A DNA stretch of 64,000 nt from Octopus bimaculoides (Eukaryota). This document shows, piece after piece, positions 36,041-49,388 of this stretch. Every line of letters begins with the position of its first letter. Position 1 is the first letter of the stretch. The DNA lies in contig NC_068984.1 in NCBI RefSeq assembly GCF_001194135.2, forward strand, positions 82,219,949 through 82,283,948, in the 5' to 3' direction. Under the pieces are notes generated by a model. The model saw nothing but the letters and a program-made list of their open reading frames with translations, did no database searches and was not told the origin of the DNA. Both the position numbers and the translations under genes were made by a program.

Positions 36041-38871
36041 TAAAGAAATATAATATTAGAGTTTACAAATATTTTATGATAAAAAGCCATAATGTTGTTT
36101 TAAGAAGTCTTTAAACGATGTAAAACTTGATTTTTATGTTTAGTGATATTTATTTGCATACAGAAAAAGGCTTACTGTTCAGTGGTATTTGTTCCATTGT
36201 AAAAATACAATTTCAATTTTTGTACACTGCTATCTTTATTTCACACCATTCAACAAATCCAACCTACAAAAGTTAATTTCTTCTGTCTTGTTCTGTTTGC
36301 TTGATTGTTTGGCTTTCTGCTCTGCTATATGAAAAGATAAAAAAAACGTCATTGAAACTAAAAAGTCTGTGAGTTTTTTTTTTTTTTAATCATGGATTTA
36401 CTAAGTAACACTTATGTTGTATTTTACATAATACTTGCTTCTTTGGTAAGCTATTTAAATATAAAGCAAATGGTTGGACCCAAGGAAACTAGCAGTGACC
36501 TGTGCCAGCAAGTGAAGCATAGTATGCATGGGAGATCAAGAGTGCAGTCACCTTCTGTGTGCAAGTGTGAAAGGATGCAAAATTTCCTTTTGATTATTAT
36601 GCCTGTTAAGGTAGGCTCACAAATGGTTGCCTTTGTTCCCAGATGCTGAGAACTCTTGCTTTGCCACTAGTCAACAAATTTAGAGAGTATAATAATTCAA
36701 AAGTATAATAAATTGGCTTGCCATCTCCAACAAAGGATATTATTTGAGACATTAGCCTGTTCCTCTTCTTCCCTGCAAACTAATTTATACTTTTGAACTA
36801 TTTATATTCTGATATATGCTGAATGAGCTACAGATTATATGAAAAATGAACTCTATCAGATGAAATACAATGTTTATTTAGATAGCCACATAAGCAATAC
36901 AATTTCTTCCAGATATTGGTAGTCGTAGTAGTTAGTATAATGCAAAACTTCATGGGAATTCTGATCATGTGTGTAAAATTCTCTATTTGATCATTCAAAT
37001 AGTTCATTCTGTTTATGTAAAAGAGGAAAGAATCCTCAAATGTAACTCTCCTCTTCCTTATACTTGTTAGTGTTTCTTAAAATGTATAAATAACAAGTAA
37101 AATGTTGTTTCATTAGCTATAGAAACTCAATCTTTGATATTCAATGATACTCCCTGGATCTATGGAAACAGTTTTAGTGCTCAAACATTGTTTCTTTAGA
37201 AAAAAAAAAAATAGTAATTGATTTTTTTTTTTTCTTTTTGCACATTCACACTGAAATCCCAATAATATATCATTTGTAAACAGAAATTAAATCAATAATG
37301 AATATAATACCTGGCCTGTTTTCCTAATCTATTTGTGCAGCTCTGCCACTTTCTTTTACTGTCAGTTTTCTCCCTCTCTCTTCACCTCTATTCTCTTTCC
37401 TTTGGCTTGCTCACATACTCACTCATTTTTTTCCAATTCATTTTGCTTAAAGCTTGCCATATATCACCAATTTTATCACTCATTTATATCTCATTTCTCA
37501 GTTTCTTAGTTCATCTCATGACTTTATTCTCTATCCTGTTGCTTCTCTTTCCATCTCTCTCCCTTTGTTTTTTGCCTCCTTCTCCCTTCTGTCAGTTATT
37601 TCATTTCTCTTTTAAATTATTTAGAAAAGGACCTTCCTAGCTCATCTCTAATTACTGAAAACAGCTTATTAATTTATGCTTCACTGGCTTATCTATAAAA
37701 ATAGTGTATGATTAGTTTATTAACTGACGTCACCTGGAAGAGATAACTGTTTCCAGTTTACATAAAATCTTTTTTTGTGTGTAGGTGGGTGTTTTTAGTA
37801 GAAAGGATTGCAGTATCAAACTATCCGGCTTCTGAAGCATTAGTTTATTTCCTATTAAATGCATTTCATTATGTTACTACTGGTTAGGCAAGGCATTAAA
37901 CACTGCTTGCTTTACTTGTCATTGAGATTCAAGTCAATCCTAATTGAGAAAATCTTTGATCGGGGATGTTCCAGTGTGTTCTTTTTAAAATGGTAGGGTG
38001 TGATTTGGGAGAGATTTAGCTGTTATTTCCAGTCAGTTGAGATTCCCTCAATGGAGGTGATGAGTATAGTAAACCACTGTGGCAACTTCAAACACTATAA
38101 GGGAGCCACCACATGATTGCTTGACCTGGTAGAAATAGCAACAAAATCTCCTTAAATTAAATCCTACTGTCTTGAATAAGGAGAAGAAACATTAGAAATA
38201 TGTAGCCATATCCCTAAAAAGACAGGATAGTCATGACTATCATTCATATATCTCTCCAACAGGTCTGGGTTAACCATTAAACAATATATAAGCACAGGTT
38301 GAGAGCACCTAAAAAAAAGGACATCACTGTTTCTTTTATTTTCTGTACTGGAGTCCCTGCGGTGCAGATGGTAAAAAAAAAGTTGGGGATTTTTACTTAG
38401 TGAATAAAAAAAAGTGTAAAAAATTTGCACTTTTTTGTTTTTGTCCTAGTTATAAATAATTTGCTTATATTACTGCTATTTAGTATAAAATGAAATTTTA
38501 AAAAACACATATTTAATATAGCTGTGAGATGGTACAGGATGGGATGGGAGAAAACTGAATATTTAATCTATTATTTCACATTTGGCACTTTTTTCATCCT
38601 AATGTCAGTTTGACAATGGAAAGGTCAAGAGGGAACCATTGTTGAATTGCGTAAGAACAATCTGCTAATCTTAATTTGGCCTTCTCCTCAAATGTGCCTA
38701 CTTTACTCTCTCCTCTACTTCTCTCTTCCTTTCGAAAACTTATTAAAAATGAAAAGAAGAAAACAAATCAGCTTGTCATTTAACCCAAGGTCAACTTTGA
38801 TTTAGCAAAACCAATCATCAAAGGTATTCCATCTGTAACCATCCCATGCATTATTAAAACTGGGCCTCTCA

Positions 38872-39177
38872 CTCAGAGTAGAAGGTAGACTGTATGATGC
38901 ATGCTACATGGCAGTGAAACATGGGCTGTGACTGCTGAGGACATGCGTAAACTTGCAAGGAATGAAACCAGTATGCTCCGCTGGATGTGTAATGTCAGTG
39001 TGCATACTCGACAGAGTGTAAGTACCTTGAGAGAAAAGTTGGACCTAAGAAGCATCAGATGTGGTGTGCAAGAGAGATGTCTGTGCTGGTATGGTCATGC
39101 GGCGAGAATGGATGAGGATAGCTGTGTGAAAAAGTGCCACACCCTAGCAGTTGAGGGAACCTGTGGAAGAGGTAGAC
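38872..39177 (+). mobile_element. RTE-clade LINE ORF C-terminal fragment
   Basis: MLHGSETWAVTAEDMRKLARNETSMLRWMCNV...WYGHAARMDEDSCVKKC...GRGR. Confidence 0.88.
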
Positions 39178-41803
39178 TCAGGTTCAATCCCTCTGCATGA
39201 CACCTTGGGTAAATGTTTTCTACTAAAACTTCATTCCGACCAAAGCCTTGCGGGTGAATTTGGGTGGACAGAAAGAAACCTGTTGTATGAGTATGTGTTT
39301 CCATTTGCACTCTACAAATGTCGAGAGTTCGGAGTGGGTATAGTGTTGTTGTTAATTTTCCTGTTAGCATAGTGTCTGTTTGCTTTGAACTTTTGGAAAC
39401 ATGTGAAATATGAAAGCCTTTTCTTGAAAAATAGGTAAAGATTAGTGACAGAGACGTAAAACGAATGAATGAATGAATAACATTCATATTGTAGTGTTAC
39501 ATACTTCACATGATTTACTTGCTTACTATATCAGATGGTGATATAATTAGTGCTATATGAATATCAGTTCGACAAAGGGAGCTCAGTTCCTCTGTTGAAG
39601 AAAAGTGTTGAAGGTTAGGGCCTGTTGCAACTATTGCTTTGTTTTGAATAAACAATATACAGTGGGACAACATTATTAGATTTAGAATTTTGGTGATGAG
39701 TAATATGCCAGCACATTCAACACTCAAAAACATCGCCAGTTATAAAGGTACACATACTTGGAATAATTGACTCAATACACTAGAAATATTATTTTGAGAT
39801 TACTGTGATAGATAACAGCAGAAAAAGGATGATTCTATAATATATTAGAAAGGAATACCCCAGCTGGTCCCATTCTATCCCACAAAATTTGACTTACAAG
39901 AGGAGCATGGTTTGGTCTGTTTCACCCCAAGACAGATTCCTTGCCTAACTATATTACCCAACATAAAACAAAATAATGCAAAGGCATGTGATTTTGATAA
40001 TCATGATACTGATGGTTGTAGTAGTATACCAATTCATTAAGACAAATCATTCAATGAGAATGAAATTGTTGCTGTTATTGAACATCACTTTCAAAAGAAG
40101 TTCATTAGCATTGGTGGAGGTATGTGATATAGTTAAACAGCAAGCAAGGTGCATAAAAGAACGCATACTTATTACTTATGATGAAGATAATATCAATTTG
40201 ATTTGGCAATCTGGAATTATGAAATAAATAAGTAAAAAGTTCTATTATGTGTATGGTTTCAAATCTCATATCTCTTCTGATGCTGTGGTTGGGAAAGAGT
40301 TAAATCTGCTACTTATATTTGAAAAGAAATAACTAAATCAGCCAAAGAAACAACCTGTATACCTATTGTTGAAGAGGTACTAGAAAATTGGAATAGATTT
40401 TAATATATCACTAAATAGAATTAGATTCATCATTGCGTCATTAAAACATTTCCAGCAGATTATCACTGTGCAAGTGTTTGGTTCTGGGAATATCCTCAGT
40501 ATTTGAAAATTTCCAGTTATCATTAGCAGCTTTTTAAAAATCTGAGACTACTAACATAATATTACAGATTATATTCTAGTCTACAACAAGTTTAACAATT
40601 GAATGGTTTCACATTAAATCACAAGAAATGTATTTTGTGTGTGAGAATATTTTAACTTCTTTCAAATCAAAAGTGTTTAAGCTGACACAGGATAAGATTA
40701 GTATTATAGTGGCTCACTAAACGTCTTGGGGATTATCAAACTATTTTAATTGTTTCATGTCACTAAAACAGAATGTGGAACCCAACAACAATAAATAAAT
40801 AAAATTTAAAGGATGGTAAACAAGATGAACTATTTTAATAATGAAAACAATGTATGACATCAAGTACAATACTATCGCACTTTGATAACAAAGTGAAAGT
40901 TGTTTTATCAATGTTGATGTCTGTTCTGTTGGACTGGTTGTTGTATTGATACTTTAGGAACATTGTTTGCTGTGCATCCAAAACACTATTGAATAACGAT
41001 TTTGTCAAACTAGTGGTATGGTGTATATAAAAAAAATTCCATTCAATATATTCAGTGAGCATCAACTACTGTACATCCCTAAGAATAACACCTCCAATTT
41101 AGAAGGCATCCACAGTCCAACAGATTCACTGACACATCAGTAACAACAGAATATGTTGAAATGACCGTTGCAAACGATATGTCATTTTTGTAATTACAAA
41201 TACAATTCAAGCTTGTACTTTGCGGAGGTTCACGAAGTTCTTTATATAATATTGATTCAGTTCAGAGGCTTGATCATGAGTCGAGTTTACTGAATGAATC
41301 AACCAATCAAAGTGGCTAAAAGGTTAATGTGGTGTCGCAAAACAGCACACCTGACCAGGAATCACCTGAACTACATACGGCGTAACTTACGTGGGTCTAC
41401 AAGAATTAAAAAAGGCATACCAGCAATCAAATAGAGTTCGTATAGTGGACGCAATATATAGTAGCATTGCATTACTTCACACGATTTACATGTTCATTTA
41501 AGAGAAGGCATACAATTGTGTGAAGCCTGCAACATCATTCAATGAATAAGCGGTCAGATGATCATTACTAGTTAGCACAGTTTACTATACCTCGTGATTC
41601 AATCCAGTAGTCAGATGTTCATTACTAATCATCTTGTTACCACTTCGATAAAAAAAAAAAGCTTTTTCTTCCTTACTTTTTAGTTGAATAAAATTTCCAG
41701 AGTTAAAGGGCTCCTTACAACTCTGATATGGTTTTGGGACAAACACTTTACAGTGGGACTTCTGTATTAAAACAAACACATTACTGGACACACATTACAA
41801 TTT

Positions 41804-42000
41804 TGTTAAATCTTCCAACCACTTGGAGTATTTCAAATTTTCATCAGATTATTTTAAAATTTTCTGCACTGGTGTAACTTCTTTATTATTAATTTGTAAA
41901 ACAAAAACAAAAAGGCATTTTTTGTCATGGGCAGTCTTGACTTTTTAAAAAAATAATCTGATGAAAATTTGAAAGCATTTTGGTTGGAAGCATTTTAACA
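41804..42000. repeat. MITE-like element with inverted arms of about 55 bp
   Basis: tgttaaatcttccaacc...tttcaaattttcatcagattattt versus aaataatctgatgaaaatttgaaa...ggttggaagcattttaaca. Confidence 0.8.
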
Positions 42001-42935
42001 AGATCTCTGCATTATTCAATGTGTCCTTTATACGTAAGGCACATGATATGAGGGCTGCTACTTCTAGCAAATTGACTGACTGCTTTGAAGTTTTCGTAGC
42101 TCGAAATCAGCTGGTTTAACTATTGGTTCAAAGCTTTGGCTATGATTTCAGGAATCTAAGGACGAAGTGCTTCATACCCTTTGTCAACAAAAGTATTTTT
42201 GATGGGACACTTTTGCACACTAAAATGATAATATTAATGTTAGTAAAATTCACTTCAGTTAACAGACCACTTCATTTGTGTGAACAGTTGTCCTTCTTTC
42301 CTCACTCCTTCTCTCTCATACAGATAATGTAGATGTTTGTAATTGTGAAATGTTTTCTAAAACCAAAACTCTACTCATGGAATTCCATTTATGCTCTTTG
42401 GGTTGATGATTAACAGCTTTTATTAATTTAAAACACTAAGTCTATATAACACTTCAGTCAACGCAATAGCTTGTGTACAATGTAGAGAAGGGAATTTTAG
42501 CAACATATGAAGTTGGGAGCTTTTCTGTTTCCCTGAGAATTTTCAATTCCCTTAATTTTGTCCCAACTGTTTTCAAATTTGGTGTATTGATGTGGTTTTG
42601 TTTGCTGATTGTGGAAATGAAATTTGTCTTTACCATAAATTAATAGCTTTTAAAGTTTTCAAATTTTGGGTAATTTTAGCCAATCATTACGTACTATGAT
42701 GTCACACTTCCATGTCATTGACAGTATCCTTACTGGAAGTGTTAATCACAGGCATAAGCCTTATGCATTATTATACACATTACTTATGAAGTTATTTAAT
42801 AGCGTTCTACTGCACATAGACCTGAAAACACTGACCTGGGTGAAAAGCGATAGAAAGCAACCTTGCTAATTTTAAGCACAGTTGAGATTTAGCTATTGTA
42901 AGTTACAAGTGTGTTCATATTCATGTATAAGTACA

Positions 42936-43100
42936 GTATGGCTGAATAGTTAAGAGGGTTGCTTCACAACCATGTTGTCTCATGTTCAATACTACTCTGT
43001 GGCATATTTGGTCAATGTCATTTTCTATGGATTCAGGTCAATTCCCTACTTTGTGAATGAAATTGAGTATGCAGAAACAGTATAGAAGCCCATTGAATTC
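42936..43100 (+). mobile_element. Degenerate SINE family A 5' half (similar remnants at about 58550-58700, 60390-60555, 39178-39292 and 690-790)
   Basis: Recognisable but diverged head and body; the copies beyond 28 kb have lost CpGs. Confidence 0.6.
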
Positions 43101-44936
43101 AAAGGTACAACTTTGTCACACATTGTATCATGCTGATTCTGCATGGAATTATGTCACAGCTCAGTATATCTGTAAAATACTCTGTTACTTGTGCATTCAT
43201 TCAATGAACAAGTAATTCAGTTGATCAAATGATTGAATTTACATTGCTGAAATAAATGGAGAACCATCTGTATATGTGCACAACTGTAAATACCAAGAAA
43301 ACAATAATTATCTTGTCTTCCATTGTAATATCACTGATATTTAGGATGCATTATAAGAATCTACTCCAGAACTTGATTGATACTTCATTTTATTGATCCT
43401 AGAAGCACAGAAGGCTAAGTTGATCTAGACAGGATTTGAACTTGAATGTAAAAGTCTATAACTAAATGCTGTAATCACTTTCTCCTATATAAAGCAGTCA
43501 CTAGTAAAAGCTGTTGTTTGTTTTTCCTTGAGTATGTGACCTAAAAAACTGTTGACCTAAAAAACTTATAACCACATAAATTTGTTTTTAATTGTAAAGT
43601 ATACCAACTATGTTTTTTTTTTGTGTGTGTGTGATATGAACAGACTTGCTCTCCTCTTCTCTCTTTGCCAGTTTAAACGAACTATATATGTCGCACATAT
43701 ACAACGATTATTTGTTTTATTGGCCTCATCCATTTCTCCTATTCAATAAAACCTGCTAGAAATGATGGTCTATTTTCTTTCAAATTCCACCATGCCATCT
43801 TGAAGAAGGAATTCTTGGTGATTCAGGCAGTGAGGAATGAAGTGTAAATTTGAACCCATCATCTGGTGATCCAGTGCTTTCCCCATTCTGCTTGTTCTTG
43901 TAATTGCACAAGTCTCACTTATTCCTAGCTCCCTTTTTAGTTGGGCTAAAGAAGGCTATGGGCAATGACCCTTATTCTCAGACCAAAATCTACAATAAAA
44001 GTTATTGATCTTTTAACTTATAAAAATACATACTTGGAATCAGTTGAATCAACTTTTTTGTGATCACTCAAGCTGCTGGAAATAGAAGCCAAATCTCTCT
44101 CAGATTTAACTTCACCATCTGAGAAAAAGAGGGGTACATTATATATATTCCTGGATAGACTTTGTCTAAATAAGACAGGATGGTTATGTCATTGCACATA
44201 GTTTTACTTCATATGTTTAATCACAGAAACTGAGATTTAATGAAATATTTAGTAATTTTTATTTTGTTGAAGTTGAATTTTGATTTTAGTTTCGATTCCA
44301 CTTCAATTGTTTGCATTGGCTGAACCATTGGAGCCTAGGATGAAATGCCTTGTAGTAATTAGATCTTTATGTTCTGAGTTCTATTCTTGCTGAGATGAGC
44401 TTTGCCTTTTATCTCTCCAGAACCAATAAAATAAAGTACTAGCCAAGTACTGGAGTTGGTGTAATTGACTACCTCCCTTTCCACAAAAATGGCTGGCTTT
44501 GTGTCTAAATTTGGAGCCAATTTTGATAATTCAAACTACTTTTAAAAAAAAAAAAAGTCAAGCAATATGTAAATAAACCAAAATTAAATAGAATTTGAAG
44601 TTTCCTTTCTTGATTTCAAATGCACATATACACAAACCCTGCTACCAAACACTTACCCAATCTGTCTTCTATTGAACTGCACCCTCAGTGGAATTTGAAC
44701 TCAGAACAAGAAAGACAGACGAAATACTGCTAAGCATTTCACCTGGCATGCTAACGTTTCTGCCAACTTACCACCTTCATGAATTAGCAAAATTTACTTT
44801 TTCTTGAGGATTGTTGTTTTACTTATTTTTATTATTTTTCTGGTAGGAGGAGGTTAAAAAAAATTCAGCTGCTTTTGTTTTTCTTTCAGTAAACTTGTAC
44901 CAAGAACATTCAAATATATGTATGTATATATATATA

Positions 44937-45240
44937 TATCATCATCATCGTCGTTTAACGTCCGCTTTCCATGCTAGCATGGGTTGGACGATTTGACTGA
45001 GGACTGGTGAAACCGGATGGCAACACCAGGCTCCAATCTAATTTGGCAGAGTTTCTACAGCTGGATGCCCTTCCTAACGCCAACCACTCAGAGAGTGTAG
45101 TGGGTGCTTTTACGTGTCACCCACACGAAAACGGCCACGCTCGAAATGGTGTCTTTTATGTGCCACCTGCACAAGCCAGTCCAGGGGCACTGGCAACGAT
45201 CTTACTTGGCTTGCCGGGTCTTCTCACGCACAGCACATTT
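44937..45240 (-). mobile_element. RTE-type 3' tail element, young copy (decayed + strand copies at about 50385-50520 and 60195-60380)
   Basis: Minus strand ends ...gttggcgttaggaagggcatccagctgtagaaac...gcatggaaagcggacgttaaacgacgatgatgat. CpGs are intact. Confidence 0.75.
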
Positions 45241-45251
45241 CCAAAGGTCTC

Positions 45252-45286
<35 letters not shown>

Positions 45287-45539
45287 TAGCTGACATACCC
45301 AGNNNNNNNNNNNNNNNNNNNNNNNNNNNNNNNNNNNNNNNNNNNNNNNNNNNNNNNNNNNNNNNNNNNNNNNNNNNNNNNNNNNNNNNNNNNNNNNNNN
45401 NNNNNNNNNNNNNNNNNNNNNNNNNNNNNNNNNNNNNNNNNNNNNNNNNNNNNNNNNNNNNNNNNNNNNNNNNNNNNNNNNNNNNNNNNNNNNNNNNNNN
45501 NNNNNNNNNNNNNNNNNNNNNNNNNNNNNCAAAGGTCTC

Positions 45540-45568
<29 letters not shown>

Positions 45569-45571
<3 letters not shown>

Positions 45572-46414
45572 CTAGCTGACATACCCAGTAATTCCTGGGA
45601 AAGCAGGGCTTATCCCTTGGTTCCGTTCTCATAATTGTTTTGCTAATCCAATAACAACAATACAAAGTATGTAGCCCTTAAAACGGTTTTTGTGCATTTA
45701 CAGAGAATACCAAACTATCTTACACAGGATTTTGTTTTTAAGAATTCCCAATAAGTTATGAATACCCAAATTGTGAAGTCAGTTATGTAATAGCATGAAA
45801 TTAGTTACCTGATAGTAAGAATTCAAATAAAGTAGCCCTGAAAAAGGCTTTAATGCATTCCCAAAGTATATAGAACTTAGGAGGAAATACTAATTAGGCA
45901 TGTATACTAAAATCGTGAAGCATGTTACGCAATCAGATATGAAATAATAACAATTCAAAGTAAATAACTCTGAAAAAGGCTTTTGTGCGTTCCCAGAGAA
46001 TATTACCCTCAGTAGCGCTAATGTCGGTATATTTGTGAATAAGTCACTAAGCGAAATAAGTGGATCTATTGTTTAGGAAAATGCTATTTACTTGTTTGAG
46101 GGTTGTACTGGATAAAGTGCGGAAATAACTCTAACAGTTCAAATACTAAATAAGCATACTCAATTTGATTTATACCAAATTATTTAGGGAAATGAATGGG
46201 TTATTTCCCTTGGCTGTTAAATTGAAATTATTAGATATATATAAGGATCCTTTCCAGGGCCCTATTATCGATTTATTTTCAGCAATCTGAGTATGCCATG
46301 AGTTTTCCAGACATGAGTTCTAGTCACGTGTCAAGTTTCATCAAAATCAATAAAACGATGTAGGAGGAGTTAGCTAACAACTCCACAAGCACATCCACAG
46401 ACAGAATTTCCCAC

Positions 46415-46420
<6 letters not shown>
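45569..46420 (+). mobile_element. Non-autonomous Helentron/DINE-1-like element with internal degenerate tandem repeats
   Basis: Starts actagctgacatacccagtaattcctgggaa within a TA tract and ends gtcaagtttcatcaaaatc...ggagttagc...cacagacagaattt before (TA)n. Confidence 0.55.
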
Positions 46421-46445
<25 letters not shown>

Positions 46446-47456
46446 GTGTATATCTGTTTTAGGTTGTTTATTATTGACTATGGCATTGCTTGTAAAACTC
46501 CACCTAGTTTTAAAATATAACCAGCCAGCAACAGCTTTATTTGTTTGTAAACTAATATAATCTTCCTTCTTTCTGTCTTTGCTTTCTTTTACTTAATATT
46601 CTCCTCCCTCACTCCCACTGATAACACAGATACATGTTATCTACACACATATACATGTCAAAATTTGCAACAGCTGCACTTTTAACGAAACAAAAAAACC
46701 TGTTATTCAACAATAATTAGTGTAACAATAATTTGATGTAAATTATAAGGCCTTGCTTTTTACTCAAGGATATTATGTGCTATTATTAGAAATCATAAAG
46801 TGAAGGTAAACAGCAACAAACTGAATTGAAAACTGAGTTTCTATATTTTGCTAAACATTAGTTTATCACAATATGATGATAAACTAAAATTTTTTGCCAA
46901 AATATCTGTTACACTTGGCACCTTCTTACACTTTCTGTTCCATTTTTTGTTCAGGTTTACCAATTTCTTCTTTATTATTATTATTATTATTACTACTCTT
47001 TTACTCATTTCAATCATTAGACTATAGACATGTTGGGATACCACCTTGGATGGTTTTAGTTAACTACATCAACCTCATACTCAACGTGATTCTCATTTTT
47101 TTATCTCTAGTTAACAAAAAACTGGGTTTACCTTTTAATTACAGTAAACTCAGTCATTTATTCAAGTTCTTCCTCTTAGGAATATACCACAAGGAATATA
47201 CACAGGTACTCCCAAAACATGCACGTTATCATCATCATCATCATCATGTCCCTTTTTCCATACTTGCATATGAGGCAGATTTTCTATGGCCAGATGTCTT
47301 TCTAGTCACCAACCCTCACATGTTAAAAAACTGTCCAATGAACGGGAACGTGAAACTCTGAGTAACAGCTTTTTGTTATATTTCTGCTGCTTTTGATAAA
47401 GCATATTACTCTACTTTTTTTTTTCCCACCTTGTTTCACATTTATATGCTTACTCC

Positions 47457-47495
<39 letters not shown>

Positions 47496-47502
<7 letters not shown>

Positions 47503-47736
47503 CTATTATGTAAAAGTATTGTAAGTCCAAAACGTTGCTTTTTCAGAAAACAAGAAAATAGCTTTGCCATTCTATAGCAAAACCATTGTACGACACTTTG
47601 ACAGTTTTTGAAATCTTAGCATTTGAAGCAGCTGGAGATACAATAGTTTGACCAAAAGAACCGGCTATTGCAAGCAAAAATAAATATTGAAAAAAATGCA
47701 TTTGGCCAAACAACAGTTTAACATAATAGCAATGAT
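47496..47736. mobile_element. Short TIR element inserted in a (TA)n tract
   Basis: 12-bp perfect IR TTGCTATTATGT (47500-47511) / ACATAATAGCAA (47721-47732), with (TA)n on both sides. Confidence 0.55.
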
Positions 47737-47739
47737 AAA

Positions 47740-47777
<38 letters not shown>

Positions 47778-49196
47778 AAAGAGAGAGAGAGAGATTAATT
47801 TCCCTCATAACTATTATTCAACCTCATGTGCACATGCTCATATACAAATAACAGCATGCATGATTGCCAAGTGACCCTATTTTAGACATGTGACTTCTCT
47901 CCATTAGCATGAGGGTACAAATAGGATGAGATAACATCTTCTCCTCTCCTCTGTCCCTCCAAATACAGCGTCATAAACTACTAACCTTTACTCTCATATT
48001 ATTGTTGTTTCTTCTGCTTTTGTCATCATTTTTTATATTTTTAAGAATTTCCTTTGTGTATTTGTTTATCTAACAATTCTGCAGTTAGATATATAATGGA
48101 TTGTATTGTTCCAGTTTGCTTCCAATAAAGCTAAGTGGAATTGTGACTGGCATAGCAAGGTGGTGGGAGCTGTTGTTTAGCACCAGGTTAGAAGTGATCC
48201 AAGAAGACTAATGCATACCAGTTTGAAACACCCTTAACCCTTCCCCACTTTTTTTGTAGACATAGTATGTCCATAGTGTGGCTTGGACAGTTTTATATAA
48301 ATATGTCCTTCCATTTTAAAAACAGTAGTATTGATATAAGGGAGTTACAGCTACTGTTTCTAAAGTGATCTTCCTCATTGCTTCAAGTATGAAATGGGTT
48401 CTTTGAGATCAGAATGTCATGGAAATGGTTCAGACAAAATTTGGATAAGGTTGATGTAAGCATCATTACTATCTGTCCATAAATATGTTCCTATCTTAAA
48501 ATTTCATCCATGAATAAAAGTTATTTTATTCATGGATCAACTAACTTTATCATTCTACATAGTATTTTATATATCAACCCTGAAAGGATGACAGGCAATG
48601 TTGACCTCAATGGGATTTTGAAATTATGGCATAGCAAACCAGAACAAATACCTTCGAGATAGTCTATTTGATGCACTGATGGCTGCCAATTTATTACTTT
48701 CCATACTTAATGTAGTAAGAGATAAAAAAAAATCTAAAATAATAATATTTATGTTGTGAGAATGAATTTGACCTTGACATGTACAGGAAACAACTCTGGA
48801 CATGTTTTGGTCATATTAGATTCCTCTCATCAAAACATAGAAAGACAATATAAGTAAGTGGAGAAAAGTTGAGGGATAAATACTGTGGCTAGATTCATGT
48901 AAGACTGCAGTACATCCAAAAGATTTTGGTTATGGTTTGGTTCAGACTGTTGATACCTTCTACATGAAAGAAAGGGGAAAAAAAGAGAGCTTGATTCAGA
49001 TATGACTTCAGTTAAATGCGGTCAGAGAAATATTCAATACTATGAAATTCATTCATTTGTCAAATCTTAGTTCAAGAACATTATGTGCAAACCATTAAAT
49101 CAAGAAGTGTATGACATCCTGAGCAAGACTTCAAGTATATTGGCAGAAACTGTGCAGAAGCCTATCAGATGTGTGTGCATTATGTACATACACACG

Positions 49197-49198
<2 letters not shown>

Positions 49199-49251
<53 letters not shown>

Positions 49252-49347
49252 NNNNNNNNNNNNNNNNNNNNNNNNNNNNNNNNNNNNNNNNNNNNNNNNN
49301 NNNNNNNNNNNNNNNNNNNNNNNNNNNNNNNNNNNNNNNNNNNNNNN

Positions 49348-49382
<35 letters not shown>
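49199..49382. repeat. (CT)n, N gap, (CA)n microsatellite
   Basis: Read directly. Confidence 0.95.

Positions 49383-49388
<6 letters not shown>

Noticed and set aside
45230-45590. Identical sequence caaaggtctcgagata(ta)n-actagctgacatacccag on both sides of the N gap
   Set aside because: Most likely overlapping contig ends (assembly artefact), not a true duplication.
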